35,769 nucleotides of DNA from the IMG/VR virus record IMGVR_UViG_3300030095_000366, positions 1 through 35,769 of that record; one strand, given 5' to 3'. The notes beneath the pieces are model-generated. The model saw only the letters and a program-made list of their open reading frames with translations. It was not told the DNA's origin and ran no database searches. Below are positions 7,222 to 16,347 of the stretch, one piece after another (the first letter of the stretch is position 1; each line of letters opens with the position of its first letter). The position numbers and the translations under genes are program-made. The stretch comes from a virus. Taxonomy: Duplodnaviria > Caudoviricetes.

Positions 7222-8450
7222 TGGAACATGGAGAGTTGTCCCTCATACGGACACTAATGAACAAAGACTTTTATGATAACAACAAAGGAATACATACACC
7301 AGATAAACTATTTACGAAAGACATACGCAAGATCAAGCAGACTGTAGACTACGCTATGGGTCAGTTCGACAAGGACTTATCCTTTGCAGAGCTAGAGGGT
7401 TTGTTCTTTACTAGAGAGACAATGACAACAGCTAACAAGGATGCATACAAAACTGTATTCGATAAGCTAAGAACAGAGGAACCCATGTGCTCAGAGGTAG
7501 CACAGGAAGTTATGTCTAGCTTGTTCAGGAATGTAGTAGGTGAAGAGGTAGCGAACTTAGGTTTCGACTACGTGAACGGTGAGAAGAACACACTGGAACC
7601 CCTGCGTAACATACTGACTGACTATCAAGATAACTTCATGCCTAACTTAAAGGTAGAGTGGGGTGACATATCTATAGACAACCTACTCGTAGCTAACGAA
7701 ATACAATCTAAGTGGCAGTTCAACATACCATCCCTGCAGAGAAAGGTAGAGGGCGTATCAGGTGGGCATCTGGTTCTGGTAGGTGCAAGACCTAACACAG
7801 GCAAGACTAGCTTCCACGCCTCTCTGATAGCCTCTGAGGGTGGCTTTGCTAGTCAGGGTGCTAGATGCATCGTACTGTGTAATGAGGAGAGCTACACTCG
7901 TGTGGGTGCTAGGTATCTTAGTGCTGCATCAAACATGCCTATGGAAGAGATCAAGGACAACTACGCCCTAGCATCTACTAGGTACAAGCCAGTGTACGAC
8001 AACATCAAGATAGTTGATAGCACAGGTAAAGACATGAACTGGGTTGAGGCTGTAGTAAAGAACTACAAGCCTGACATAGTGGTGCTCGACATGGGAGACA
8101 AGTTTGCCAACAAGACAGGTGCTGACTCTCATGTGTACCTCAAGGATGCAGCTATCCATGCCCGGAACATAGCGAAACAGTACGAGTGTGCTGTGATCTG
8201 GATGTCTCAGCTATCAGCAGAGGCAGAGGGAAAGATATATGTTGATCAGTCTATGCTAGAAGGAAGCAAGACAGGCAAAGCATCAGAGTGTGACTTGATG
8301 GTTTTAATATCTAAGAACCCCAGTACGGAAGGAGAGTATGAAGGAGATACAGAAAGACATTTAGTAATAGCTAAGAACAAACTGAAAGGTGGCTGGCATG
8401 GTAGGATTACGTGCAAGCTAGATGGAGAGAGGGCTAGGTATTCAGCATGA
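7215..8450 (+). CDS. DnaB-like (SF4) replicative helicase
   Basis: Walker A GARPNTGKT, IVVLD, MSQLS, IAKNKL motifs. Confidence 0.92.
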   Translation: MVMEHGELSLIRTLMNKDFYDNNKGIHTPDKLFTKDIRKIKQTVDYAMGQFDKDLSFAELEGLFFTRETMTTANKDAYKTVFDKLRTEEPMCSEVAQEVMSSLFRNVVGEEVANLGFDYVNGEKNTLEPLRNILTDYQDNFMPNLKVEWGDISIDNLLVANEIQSKWQFNIPSLQRKVEGVSGGHLVLVGARPNTGKTSFHASLIASEGGFASQGARCIVLCNEESYTRVGARYLSAASNMPMEEIKDNYALASTRYKPVYDNIKIVDSTGKDMNWVEAVVKNYKPDIVVLDMGDKFANKTGADSHVYLKDAAIHARNIAKQYECAVIWMSQLSAEAEGKIYVDQSMLEGSKTGKASECDLMVLISKNPSTEGEYEGDTERHLVIAKNKLKGGWHGRITCKLDGERARYSA

Positions 8451-10489
8451 GGAGGGTGCTTGATGTAGAGAACTCCATAACACTACGTGATGGAAAGATA
8501 TACAACGATCCTTATGAAGAGGCTAACACTCTGACTGAGGTAGGTGTCTTGTGCTTAGACAGTGGCATGAAGAGACTGCTACCGTTTGACCACAATGAAG
8601 CTACAGAAAAAGATAAGATGAACTCTTGTATCTTACAAAGATTACTTGGTAGCACTACGCTGCTGATAGGTCACAACTTGCAGTATGATCTACAGTGGCT
8701 GTGGGCTAACGGCTTTGAGTATGACGGTGAGATATACGATACCATGCTGGCAGAGTATCTGCTTATGCGTGGACAGAAGCAACCCCTAAGCTTAGAGCAG
8801 TGTGCTATACGCCGGGGCTTGAAGTATCAGAAGGATGATACACTTAAAACTTATTACAAGAAAGGATATAACACAAATGAGATACCGTTGGATGAACTCA
8901 GCCATTATCTTGAGCACGACTTGCTTACTACTGGCGAACTGTACTACGCCACAGATAGGGATTTCAAAACCCCTGCTTCAGCATCCCTACAATCCGTTCA
9001 AGGAGTCACCTTTAGAACCTGCAAAGCCCTCGCAAGAATGTCTAGATCAGGGATCAGGGTGGATACAGATGCCCTCGAACACGTCAGACATGACTACGAG
9101 CGAGAGCGAAACGAAATCCTTGAGCGATTGCACAGTAGAACTAGAGCACTCATGGGAGGAACACCCATAAATCTAAACTCACCAGAGCAGTTGTCTTGGG
9201 TTATCTTTAGCCGTAAGCCAAACGATAAGAAGGAGTGGGCAGAGCTATTTGATTTTGTAGACCCACCTGACTTTAAAGATGCAGTGAAAAAGAATAGTAC
9301 ACTTATGCTAAAGACAAACGTAAAGACTTGTCCTCAGTGTGATGGTACAGGCAAAGTGTACAAGATAAGAAAGGATGGTACTAGATACGCCAGACCTAAC
9401 AAGTGTCCTAAGTGTGGTGGTAGAGGCTACCTTCTCATCAATACAAATGAGATGGCTGGGCTTGGCTTCTTCCCACCAAGTAAGAAATGGATAAGTGCAA
9501 ACGGCTTTGGTGTAGGTAAGAAGAACTTAGATACACTTATAGCTACAGCTAAGAACAATTACATGGAGAAAGCGATTGGATTTTTACAGGATGTTAAGCG
9601 GCTTAGTGCTATTAGTAGCTACCTCAGTAGCTTTGTTGATGGCATTTACTCCAACACTAAACGAGACAGAGTTTTACATATCAACCTTACCCAAACAAAC
9701 ACCAATACAGGTAGATTTTCTGGACGAAAACCTAACATGCAAAACATGCCAAGAGGAGGAACCTTCCCCATAAAACGTGTATTCATCTCAAGGTGGGAGG
9801 GTGGCAAAATAATTGAGGCCGACTTTGCCCAGCTTGAGTTCAGAACGGCTGCGTTCCTAGCACAGGACAGCACAGCCATGAGGGAGATAGATACAGGGTT
9901 TGATGTACACTCCTATACCGCAAAGGTTATCAGTGATGCAGGACAGCCTACAACTCGTCAGCAAGCAAAGGAACATACATTCGCTCCTCTCTTTGGAGCT
10001 ACCGGGTATGGCAGAAGCAAGGCAGAAGCTGCATACTACAAGCAGTTTGTAGAGAAGTACAAGGGCATAGCTAAGTGGCACAAGAAGCTAGGTGATGAGG
10101 CTGTGAATGAAGGTAAGATAACTAACGTCAGTGGTAGGCAGTACGCTTTCCCTGATGTGGTACGCAGGGAGAACGGCTCAGTCAGTCACTTCACTATGAT
10201 CAAGAACTATCCAGTGCAGGGCTTTGCTACTGGTGATGTTGTGCCTGTAGTTTTACTAGAGCTTGACCGCCTGTTACAACCTATGCAGTCGTGCTTGGTA
10301 AACAGTGTGCATGATAGTGTGGTAATTGACACACACCCTGATGAGATAAATGACGTGTTAAGCATTATAGATTTGCTTAACGATAACTTGAATGATATTC
10401 TTCAAAAAGAATATGATATAGAAATGAATGTACCACTACTATTAGAGTCTAAGATTGGTGACAACTGGCTTGACATAAAAGACGTTTAG
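8447..10489 (+). CDS. polA: Family A DNA polymerase with 3'-5' exonuclease and DnaJ-like Zn-finger insertion
   Basis: DVE, GHNLQYD, YLEHD exo motifs; TGRFS, ADFAQLEFR, AKEHTFAPLFG, NYPVQG, VHDS; CPQCDGTG and CPKCGGRG insert. Confidence 0.95.
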   Translation: MRRVLDVENSITLRDGKIYNDPYEEANTLTEVGVLCLDSGMKRLLPFDHNEATEKDKMNSCILQRLLGSTTLLIGHNLQYDLQWLWANGFEYDGEIYDTMLAEYLLMRGQKQPLSLEQCAIRRGLKYQKDDTLKTYYKKGYNTNEIPLDELSHYLEHDLLTTGELYYATDRDFKTPASASLQSVQGVTFRTCKALARMSRSGIRVDTDALEHVRHDYERERNEILERLHSRTRALMGGTPINLNSPEQLSWVIFSRKPNDKKEWAELFDFVDPPDFKDAVKKNSTLMLKTNVKTCPQCDGTGKVYKIRKDGTRYARPNKCPKCGGRGYLLINTNEMAGLGFFPPSKKWISANGFGVGKKNLDTLIATAKNNYMEKAIGFLQDVKRLSAISSYLSSFVDGIYSNTKRDRVLHINLTQTNTNTGRFSGRKPNMQNMPRGGTFPIKRVFISRWEGGKIIEADFAQLEFRTAAFLAQDSTAMREIDTGFDVHSYTAKVISDAGQPTTRQQAKEHTFAPLFGATGYGRSKAEAAYYKQFVEKYKGIAKWHKKLGDEAVNEGKITNVSGRQYAFPDVVRRENGSVSHFTMIKNYPVQGFATGDVVPVVLLELDRLLQPMQSCLVNSVHDSVVIDTHPDEINDVLSIIDLLNDNLNDILQKEYDIEMNVPLLLESKIGDNWLDIKDV

Positions 10490-10498
10490 TGGTATAAC
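10470..10498 (+). promoter_or_regulatory. Sigma70-type promoter upstream of SSB gene
   Basis: TTGACA (10470-10475), 17-nt spacer, TG-N-TATAAC (10493-10498). Confidence 0.8.
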
Positions 10499-10535
10499 TT
10501 GAGTCTTAACTTAGTATGCATAGAAAGGATAAAAT

Positions 10536-11375
10536 ATGCAAGAGAACGCAGTAGCATTAAAGGTAGATAACATGAACTTGGCTGACGCAATGGGCTTCTC
10601 TGCCCCTGCAGGACAGGCACAGTCTAGCCTAGCTAGGATTACAGGAACAGTTATACAGGAGGTTATAGATGGTAAGGTAGCATCTTCCCCTGTGTTTAAG
10701 ATTGTGACTGAGGAAGACACAGTGTTCGCAAGAAAGGTAGAGGTACGCCTGTTTGCTGAACGCCAGAAGTGGCAGCGCTGGGATAGTGAGAACAATACTA
10801 TGCAAAAATCTGTTATGTCAACTAACTTAAATCACGACATGAAAGATACGATTGGTACGTTTAATCTTGGTAGACCATCAGGTTACATCAAAGACTTTGC
10901 TGCACTACCCAAAGATCAACAAGACCTGATCCGTAGTGTTAGCCGTGTTAAGGTTGTCATGGGTATGGCTACACTAACAGATGCTTTCTATGAGGGTGGT
11001 GCTCCTGCTGAGGGACATGATCAGGAGTTTGCCTTTGTCATGGATGTTAAGAACCGTGACAGCTTAAAGTCTATTGACACTACAGTAGGCAAGCTAATCA
11101 AGAAGCGTATCAACCCTGCAGAGCAAAGCGTAGCTTTGTTAGGAGAGACACGCAGTCTACCAAACGGTAATCCTTACATGGTGATAGCTGCTTCACTCAG
11201 TGACTTTGTTGGTTTGCAAGAAGGTGATAACGATACTCTGCAAGATTTTCTAGACTACGTTGGCGCTAGCAATGACTACGTTACTACCAAGTGGGCAGAG
11301 AATAATGTAGAAACTATATCTGCCAGTGAGCAAAACATTGTAGCTAACATAGTAGATGTGGAGGACTTTGAATAG
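10536..11375 (+). CDS. Putative single-stranded DNA-binding protein
   Basis: Position after polymerase, acidic aromatic C-terminal tail (VDVEDFE); function inferred from synteny. Confidence 0.6.
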   Translation: MQENAVALKVDNMNLADAMGFSAPAGQAQSSLARITGTVIQEVIDGKVASSPVFKIVTEEDTVFARKVEVRLFAERQKWQRWDSENNTMQKSVMSTNLNHDMKDTIGTFNLGRPSGYIKDFAALPKDQQDLIRSVSRVKVVMGMATLTDAFYEGGAPAEGHDQEFAFVMDVKNRDSLKSIDTTVGKLIKKRINPAEQSVALLGETRSLPNGNPYMVIAASLSDFVGLQEGDNDTLQDFLDYVGASNDYVTTKWAENNVETISASEQNIVANIVDVEDFE

Positions 11376-12238
11376 TGAATCATCCTGCTGAAATAGCATT
11401 GCACCAGTATCTAAGAAACTCTATTGATGGTAAGTCTAAGATGTCAAAGGCTATCATTAAAAAAGTAAAAGATGATATTGGTGCGGCTCTTGAGAAACAG
11501 TTCAATGAGCCTGAAGGTAAGCGAGAGTTTAAGCTAAGGATGTCTAATGTCGGGCGTCCTAAGTGCCAGCTTTGGTTTGAAAAGAATGATCCAGTACATC
11601 AAGATGTATTCCCTACGTCATTTAAGATTAACATGATCTTTGGAGATATGATAGAAGCACTACTGAAAGGTTTGTTACGAGCTTCCGGGGTAGAGTTTGG
11701 TGATAACAAGAAGGTATCACTGCCTTTGTCTGACACTGAGGAAATTGCTGGTGAGTATGACATGCTACTGGATGGTAAGATAGATGATGTTAAGTCAGCT
11801 AGCAACTGGTCATACGAGAATAAGTTTCTAGACTTTTATACACTTGAGAAGGGTGATGGGTTTGGCTACGTGCCACAGCTTGTCGGCTACTCTGAGGCAG
11901 CTAACAAGAGTGTAGGTGGCTGGTGGGTTGTCAATAAGAACAATGGTAGCTTTAAGTATGTATCAGCAGCAGAGGTAGACAAGGACAAAGTTATACAAAA
12001 GATAAAGGATGTCCATGAGTACCTCAAGAGTGATGCACCATTTGAGAGGTGCTTTACAGATGAACCAGAGTCTTACAGAGGTGTGAACAGTGGTAACTAC
12101 AAGCTACCTATGGACTGTAACTTCTGCTCACACAAAGCTAAGTGCTGGCCTACGCTGAAGAGCTTACCATCTAAGGTGTACAAAGGTAAAAGAGAAGCAC
12201 CTGTCGTACACTACACTAGACTGAAAGGCGAATACTAA
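11375..12238 (+). CDS. PD-(D/E)XK (Cas4/RecB-like) exonuclease
   Basis: LRMSNVG..C, GEYD, DDVKS, QLVGY, C-terminal CNFC..C. Confidence 0.85.
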   Translation: MNHPAEIALHQYLRNSIDGKSKMSKAIIKKVKDDIGAALEKQFNEPEGKREFKLRMSNVGRPKCQLWFEKNDPVHQDVFPTSFKINMIFGDMIEALLKGLLRASGVEFGDNKKVSLPLSDTEEIAGEYDMLLDGKIDDVKSASNWSYENKFLDFYTLEKGDGFGYVPQLVGYSEAANKSVGGWWVVNKNNGSFKYVSAAEVDKDKVIQKIKDVHEYLKSDAPFERCFTDEPESYRGVNSGNYKLPMDCNFCSHKAKCWPTLKSLPSKVYKGKREAPVVHYTRLKGEY

Positions 12239-12438
12239 TGACAGAAGTAAAGATAAACGACAGACAATACGACACCGACAGCATGACAGAGGAACAGCTA
12301 GACTTGTTGAATGTCTTACAACAAAACACTGTCATAGCTAATCAGCTAGACCATCAGATACAATGTGTTCGTGCTATCGGCAAGGTAAAGCTAGAAGAAC
12401 TTGTTAAGTCACTAGATGCCCCCAAGAAAAAGACATAG
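12238..12438 (+). CDS. Small protein, DUF6447-like
   Basis: VKINDRQYDTDSMTEEQ N-terminus followed by coiled coil. Confidence 0.6.
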   Translation: MTEVKINDRQYDTDSMTEEQLDLLNVLQQNTVIANQLDHQIQCVRAIGKVKLEELVKSLDAPKKKT

Positions 12439-12862
12439 TACTAGGAGGTATCGCAGTGGCTTAGAAGACAATGTTGCTGCGTATCTTAAAAAACATCAGA
12501 AGAAAGTCAGGTATGAGCGTTTAAAAATAGAGTGGGAAGACCTACGATACAGAACGTACACACCTGACTTTATGTTAGACAATGGTATCATAATAGAAAC
12601 CAAAGGCATCTTTGACGTGGAGGATAGACGCAAACACTTAGCTGTCAGGAGACAACATCCAGAGCTAGACATTCGTTTCGTCTTTAGTAACTGCAAAGCA
12701 AAGCTGTACAAGGGATCAAAGACAAGGTACTGTGATTGGTGTGACAAGCATGAGTTCAAGTGGGAACACAGGGTTATACCTGAAGCTTGGCTAAAAGAGA
12801 AAGGTAAACTTATAACAGTGAAGACAATACTGTTCAAAGGTAAAAAGAAGGTGACAACATGA
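12416..12862 (+). CDS. T7 endonuclease I-like Holliday junction resolvase
   Basis: YRSGLE, YTPDF, IIETKG, DRRKH, LDIRFVF. Confidence 0.92.
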   Translation: MPPRKRHSTRRYRSGLEDNVAAYLKKHQKKVRYERLKIEWEDLRYRTYTPDFMLDNGIIIETKGIFDVEDRRKHLAVRRQHPELDIRFVFSNCKAKLYKGSKTRYCDWCDKHEFKWEHRVIPEAWLKEKGKLITVKTILFKGKKKVTT

Positions 12863-13206
12863 AGTATGTAATAGGAGATGATGAGGTAGCTTTAGTTTTA
12901 AAACCGTGTTCCTTTGACAATAAAGGTAAGTGGACAGGTGAGATGAACACTGGGCTTGTGGTAGGAGAAATAAAACTACTTAACTCAGAGGATGTATCTT
13001 ACGTTGTACATTTAGCTACACTTATGGGTGCTTTTTTAGAGCTTGCACAACATGACGATGAGTTGTATAATGCAGTAGAAGAACACAGAAATGATCTAAT
13101 AGGCTTTGAACAACAAGAAGAACAGCCCTTGTACGAAAAGGTAGAGGGTACAGACGGTAAGGTTCTAAAGCTAACCAGATTTACTAAGACACAAGGAAAC
13201 GCATAA
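12859..13206 (+). CDS. Conserved hypothetical phage protein
   Basis: 115 aa, coupled start/stop overlaps on both sides. Confidence 0.75.
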   Translation: MKYVIGDDEVALVLKPCSFDNKGKWTGEMNTGLVVGEIKLLNSEDVSYVVHLATLMGAFLELAQHDDELYNAVEEHRNDLIGFEQQEEQPLYEKVEGTDGKVLKLTRFTKTQGNA

Positions 13207-13508
13207 TGAGTGTAATAACTATGGCAGATCAAACTATTGACGTATCTGATATAATAAATGCTGACACTACGTTTAACTATGACAATGTGAATAAACCAGC
13301 ACACTACAACCTGACTGATGGTATAGAATGTATAGACTACATTAAGCAGGTGTTAGGGCCACACGGTTTTGTAGCTTACTGTAGAGGTAATGTAATAAAA
13401 TACAACCACAGGGCAGCGTACAAGAACCCTACACCTGTAGAGGACTTAAAGAAAGCACAACAGTATTTAACGTGGGCAAACGAAACACTAAAGGAGATAC
13501 ACAAGTGA
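13206..13508 (+). CDS. DUF3310 protein (T7 gp1.7-like nucleotide kinase family)
   Basis: DNVNKPAHY, IECID, GNVIKY..R, EDLKKA..YL. Confidence 0.85.
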   Translation: MSVITMADQTIDVSDIINADTTFNYDNVNKPAHYNLTDGIECIDYIKQVLGPHGFVAYCRGNVIKYNHRAAYKNPTPVEDLKKAQQYLTWANETLKEIHK

Positions 13509-13684
13509 ACGGCATGAACAAAAAGTTTAGCGTTACATTTCTATTGGAGGTAGATGAAGCGTGTAACGTACTATCAACTGTACAAGATGCACATGAGGAG
13601 GATGTGCGTGACCTGATACACAATACGTTTCACGACATAGACGATGTTAAAATAGACAACTTAAATATTAAGGAGAGGACATGA
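13505..13684 (+). CDS. Small hypothetical protein
   Basis: AAGGAG RBS before GTG 13505 (or ATG 13514); ATGA overlap with RNR. Confidence 0.65.
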   Translation: MNGMNKKFSVTFLLEVDEACNVLSTVQDAHEEDVRDLIHNTFHDIDDVKIDNLNIKERT

Positions 13685-15630
13685 TCAACGCAAGCGACAT
13701 AGAAGCGTTTGAATACTACAACAGAGTAGACAACGGTGAAGAACTACCTACAGACTACCAGACCTTTATACATCAGTCTAGGTATTCTAAGTGGATGCCA
13801 GAAGAAAAGAAAAGAGAGAACTGGAGTGAGACAGTACAACGCTACATAAGCAATATGGTTGACGGTAAAGTATCCCCGGCAGAACAGCTAATGATAGAGG
13901 ATGCTATACTAAAGCTAGAAGTAATGCCATCCATGAGAGCCATGATGACTGCAGGTCCAGCAGCAGACAGAGATAACACATGCATATATAACTGTAGTTA
14001 CTTACCCGTAGATGACCCTAAGTCCTTTGATGAGGCTATGTTCATCTTGCTCTGTGGTACTGGTGTCGGATTCAGTGTCGAGAGGCAGTACATCAACAAG
14101 CTCCCTGAAATTCCTATTCTCTATCATTCCGATACTACTATTATTGTTAAGGACAGTAAGGAGGGTTGGGCTAAGGCGTTTAGACAAGTGTTGGCACTCC
14201 TGTGGGCTGGTGAAATCCCTAAGTGGGACATGTCTCTTGTACGTCCAGCAGGTGCTAGGCTAAAGACATTTGGCGGTAGGGCTTCTGGCCCAGCGCCTTT
14301 AGTTGATCTATTTAGATTTACTACACAGACGTTTAAAAATGCTGAAGGGCGTAAGCTTAGTGCTCTAGAGTGCCACGATATTATGTGCTTTGTAGGACAG
14401 ATAGTTGTGTCTGGTGGTGTAAGACGCAGTGCTATGATCTCTTTGTCTAACCTTAGTGATGATCGTATGCGCCACGCTAAGTCAGGCCAGTGGTGGGAGA
14501 CAGCAGGACATCGTGCTCTAGCTAATAACTCTGTGTGCTACACGGAGAAGCCAGATATGGAATCATTCTTACGTGAGTGGACATCTCTGGTAGAAAGTAA
14601 GTCAGGGGAAAGAGGGATATTTAATCGTGAAGCATCTAAGAAACAAGCTGCAAAAAACGGTAGGCGTGACAGTGAGTGGGACTTTGGGACTAATCCATGC
14701 AGTGAAATCATATTGCGTCCAAACCAGTTCTGCAATCTTACTGAGGTTGTGGTTAGGGCTACGGACTCTATTGACGATCTTGAAAGGAAAGTCAGAGTTG
14801 CAACTATTCTGGGAACAATACAGTCCACCTACACAAAGTTTCCATACTTGCGAAAGGTGTGGCAGCGTAATACAGAAGAAGAACGTCTGCTTGGTGTGTC
14901 ACTCACAGGGATAATGGACAACCCATTAATGACTACAAAGAACAAAGGTCTAGAAAAAACATTGGAGTACTTAAAGGATGTCGCTGTTTCTACTAATGCT
15001 GAACTTGCTAGCAATCTCAATATACCCCCGGCTACTGCAATTAGCTGCGTTAAACCATCGGGAACGATCTCCCAATTGGTTGACAGTGCGTCTGGTATTC
15101 ACCCTCGCCACAGTTCATTTTATATCCGTACTGTACGTGCTGATACCCACGACCCTCTAACTAAGTTCATGGCTGATCAAGGTATACCTAACGAGCCATG
15201 TGTTATGAAGCCTGACAGTACAGTAGTGTTCAGCTTCCCTATCAAGTCACCAGATAAAGCAGTCCTGAGAGATGATCTAACAGCCATAGAGCAGCTAGAA
15301 ACTTGGCTCATGTATCAGAGACACTGGTGTGAGCACAAGCCCTCAGTGACGATTACAGTGCGTGACGATGAGTGGCTTGACGTAGGTGCATTTGTGTACA
15401 ATCACTTTGATGAGATGAGTGGTATATCTTTCTTACCTCACTCAGATCACACGTACCAACAAGCGCCCTATCAAGAAGTAGGCAGGTCAGACTACAATAT
15501 GTTAGCATCACTTATGCCAACTAGTATTGATTGGTCTAGACTATCTGACTATGAAGAAGACGATAACACAGCAGCTATGCAAACACTGGCGTGTAGTGGT
15601 GATAGCTGTGAAATAGTAGACTTAACATAA
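13681..15630 (+). CDS. nrdJ: Class II adenosylcobalamin-dependent ribonucleotide reductase (monomeric RTPR type)
   Basis: YNCSY, GTGVGFSVE, GGVRRSA, TNPCSEI, QFCNL, KPSGT, C-terminal ACSGDSCE; no beta subunit nearby. Confidence 0.93.
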   Translation: MINASDIEAFEYYNRVDNGEELPTDYQTFIHQSRYSKWMPEEKKRENWSETVQRYISNMVDGKVSPAEQLMIEDAILKLEVMPSMRAMMTAGPAADRDNTCIYNCSYLPVDDPKSFDEAMFILLCGTGVGFSVERQYINKLPEIPILYHSDTTIIVKDSKEGWAKAFRQVLALLWAGEIPKWDMSLVRPAGARLKTFGGRASGPAPLVDLFRFTTQTFKNAEGRKLSALECHDIMCFVGQIVVSGGVRRSAMISLSNLSDDRMRHAKSGQWWETAGHRALANNSVCYTEKPDMESFLREWTSLVESKSGERGIFNREASKKQAAKNGRRDSEWDFGTNPCSEIILRPNQFCNLTEVVVRATDSIDDLERKVRVATILGTIQSTYTKFPYLRKVWQRNTEEERLLGVSLTGIMDNPLMTTKNKGLEKTLEYLKDVAVSTNAELASNLNIPPATAISCVKPSGTISQLVDSASGIHPRHSSFYIRTVRADTHDPLTKFMADQGIPNEPCVMKPDSTVVFSFPIKSPDKAVLRDDLTAIEQLETWLMYQRHWCEHKPSVTITVRDDEWLDVGAFVYNHFDEMSGISFLPHSDHTYQQAPYQEVGRSDYNMLASLMPTSIDWSRLSDYEEDDNTAAMQTLACSGDSCEIVDLT

Positions 15631-15642
15631 AGGAGAAATAAA

Positions 15643-15783
15643 ATGGTTGAGTTTTTTGTAGTATCTATAATTGCTGTTGGAGTAGTAACAGAGGCAGTCT
15701 ATCCTGCCATTAGTAGTGGCATTGATATGGCTACACCCTATGTTAATCAAGGCATAGATGCAGTAAAAAGTATCATTAAATGA
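15643..15783 (+). CDS. Small hydrophobic protein (46 aa, MVEFFVVSIIAVG...)
   Basis: Read by hand; AAGGAG RBS; ATGA overlap with next gene. Confidence 0.7.
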   Translation: MVEFFVVSIIAVGVVTEAVYPAISSGIDMATPYVNQGIDAVKSIIK

Positions 15784-15971
15784 AGTGGATACTAGTCCTT
15801 ATCTTTTTTAATGATGGACTACACTACGCACAAACACAGCCTTACTTATATGAGAACTACGATATATGTCAGGTTGCAGCAGATGAGGTAAAAGAAGTGT
15901 ACGTAAAAAATATGCCCCATGAAGATGCAGAAGTTATGGCTTTTTGTGCCGCACTACCCCGGCGTCCATGA
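15780..15971 (+). CDS. Small secreted/membrane protein with two Cys
   Basis: MKWILVLIFF N-terminus, C..C pair. Confidence 0.7.
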   Translation: MKWILVLIFFNDGLHYAQTQPYLYENYDICQVAADEVKEVYVKNMPHEDAEVMAFCAALPRRP

Positions 15972-16171
15972 CCATAGAGAGTGAAGCAAAAGAACACATG
16001 GAAAGAAAGCAAAGACTTTTTTATGAGGGACTATTGAGAAAACTAGAGCCTGTCAAGCAACACATAAATGAGTACTTGCCTAACAGCAAGAACAAAGATA
16101 GGGCTTTAGAAAGGGTAGATGATGTAAGTATGATAGCTAAGTATACTGCAGAACTACATGGATTAAAGTAA
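15968..16171 (+). CDS. Small helical hypothetical protein (last gene of + arm)
   Basis: ATGA overlap at 15968; MTIESEAKEH... Confidence 0.7.
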   Translation: MTIESEAKEHMERKQRLFYEGLLRKLEPVKQHINEYLPNSKNKDRALERVDDVSMIAKYTAELHGLK

Positions 16172-16173
16172 GA

Positions 16174-16347
16174 CTAATCTACTTTAGCACTAGGTGGACA
16201 CTGCTGGTTATAATCCCACAAGACTATGTGGTAAGGCCAGTAGTAATACCTAGTGCTAATTTCTTGTGGGCATCTGTACTCACACACTTTGTACATTGTG
16301 GCTATCGGAGCTACTCCAAAGAATATACCAGTTAGAGCACATATCAC
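16174..16347 (-). CDS. Small Cys-containing protein (57 aa, last gene of - arm)
   Basis: Read by hand: GTG overlapping stop of 1232-aa gene, VICALTGIFFG..VCEYRCP..QCPPSAKVD, TAG 16176-16174. Confidence 0.5.
   Translation of the reverse strand: MICALTGIFFGVAPIATMYKVCEYRCPQEISTRYYYWPYHIVLWDYNQQCPPSAKVD
16184..16265 (+). terminator. Long hairpin at convergence of the two arms, followed by TTTCTT
   Basis: TTAGCACTAGGT/ACCTAGTGCTAA perfect 12 bp plus 10 bp and 5 bp inner stems. Confidence 0.5.

Noticed and set aside
11375-12238. Cas4 as a sign of CRISPR-Cas
   Set aside because: Stand-alone Cas4-like exonucleases are normal in phage replication modules; no other cas genes or array
16174-16270. 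HDV/theta ribozyme (P1-P2-P1'-P2' topology on - strand)
   Set aside because: Segment lengths do not fit and P3/L3 and J4/2 consensus are missing
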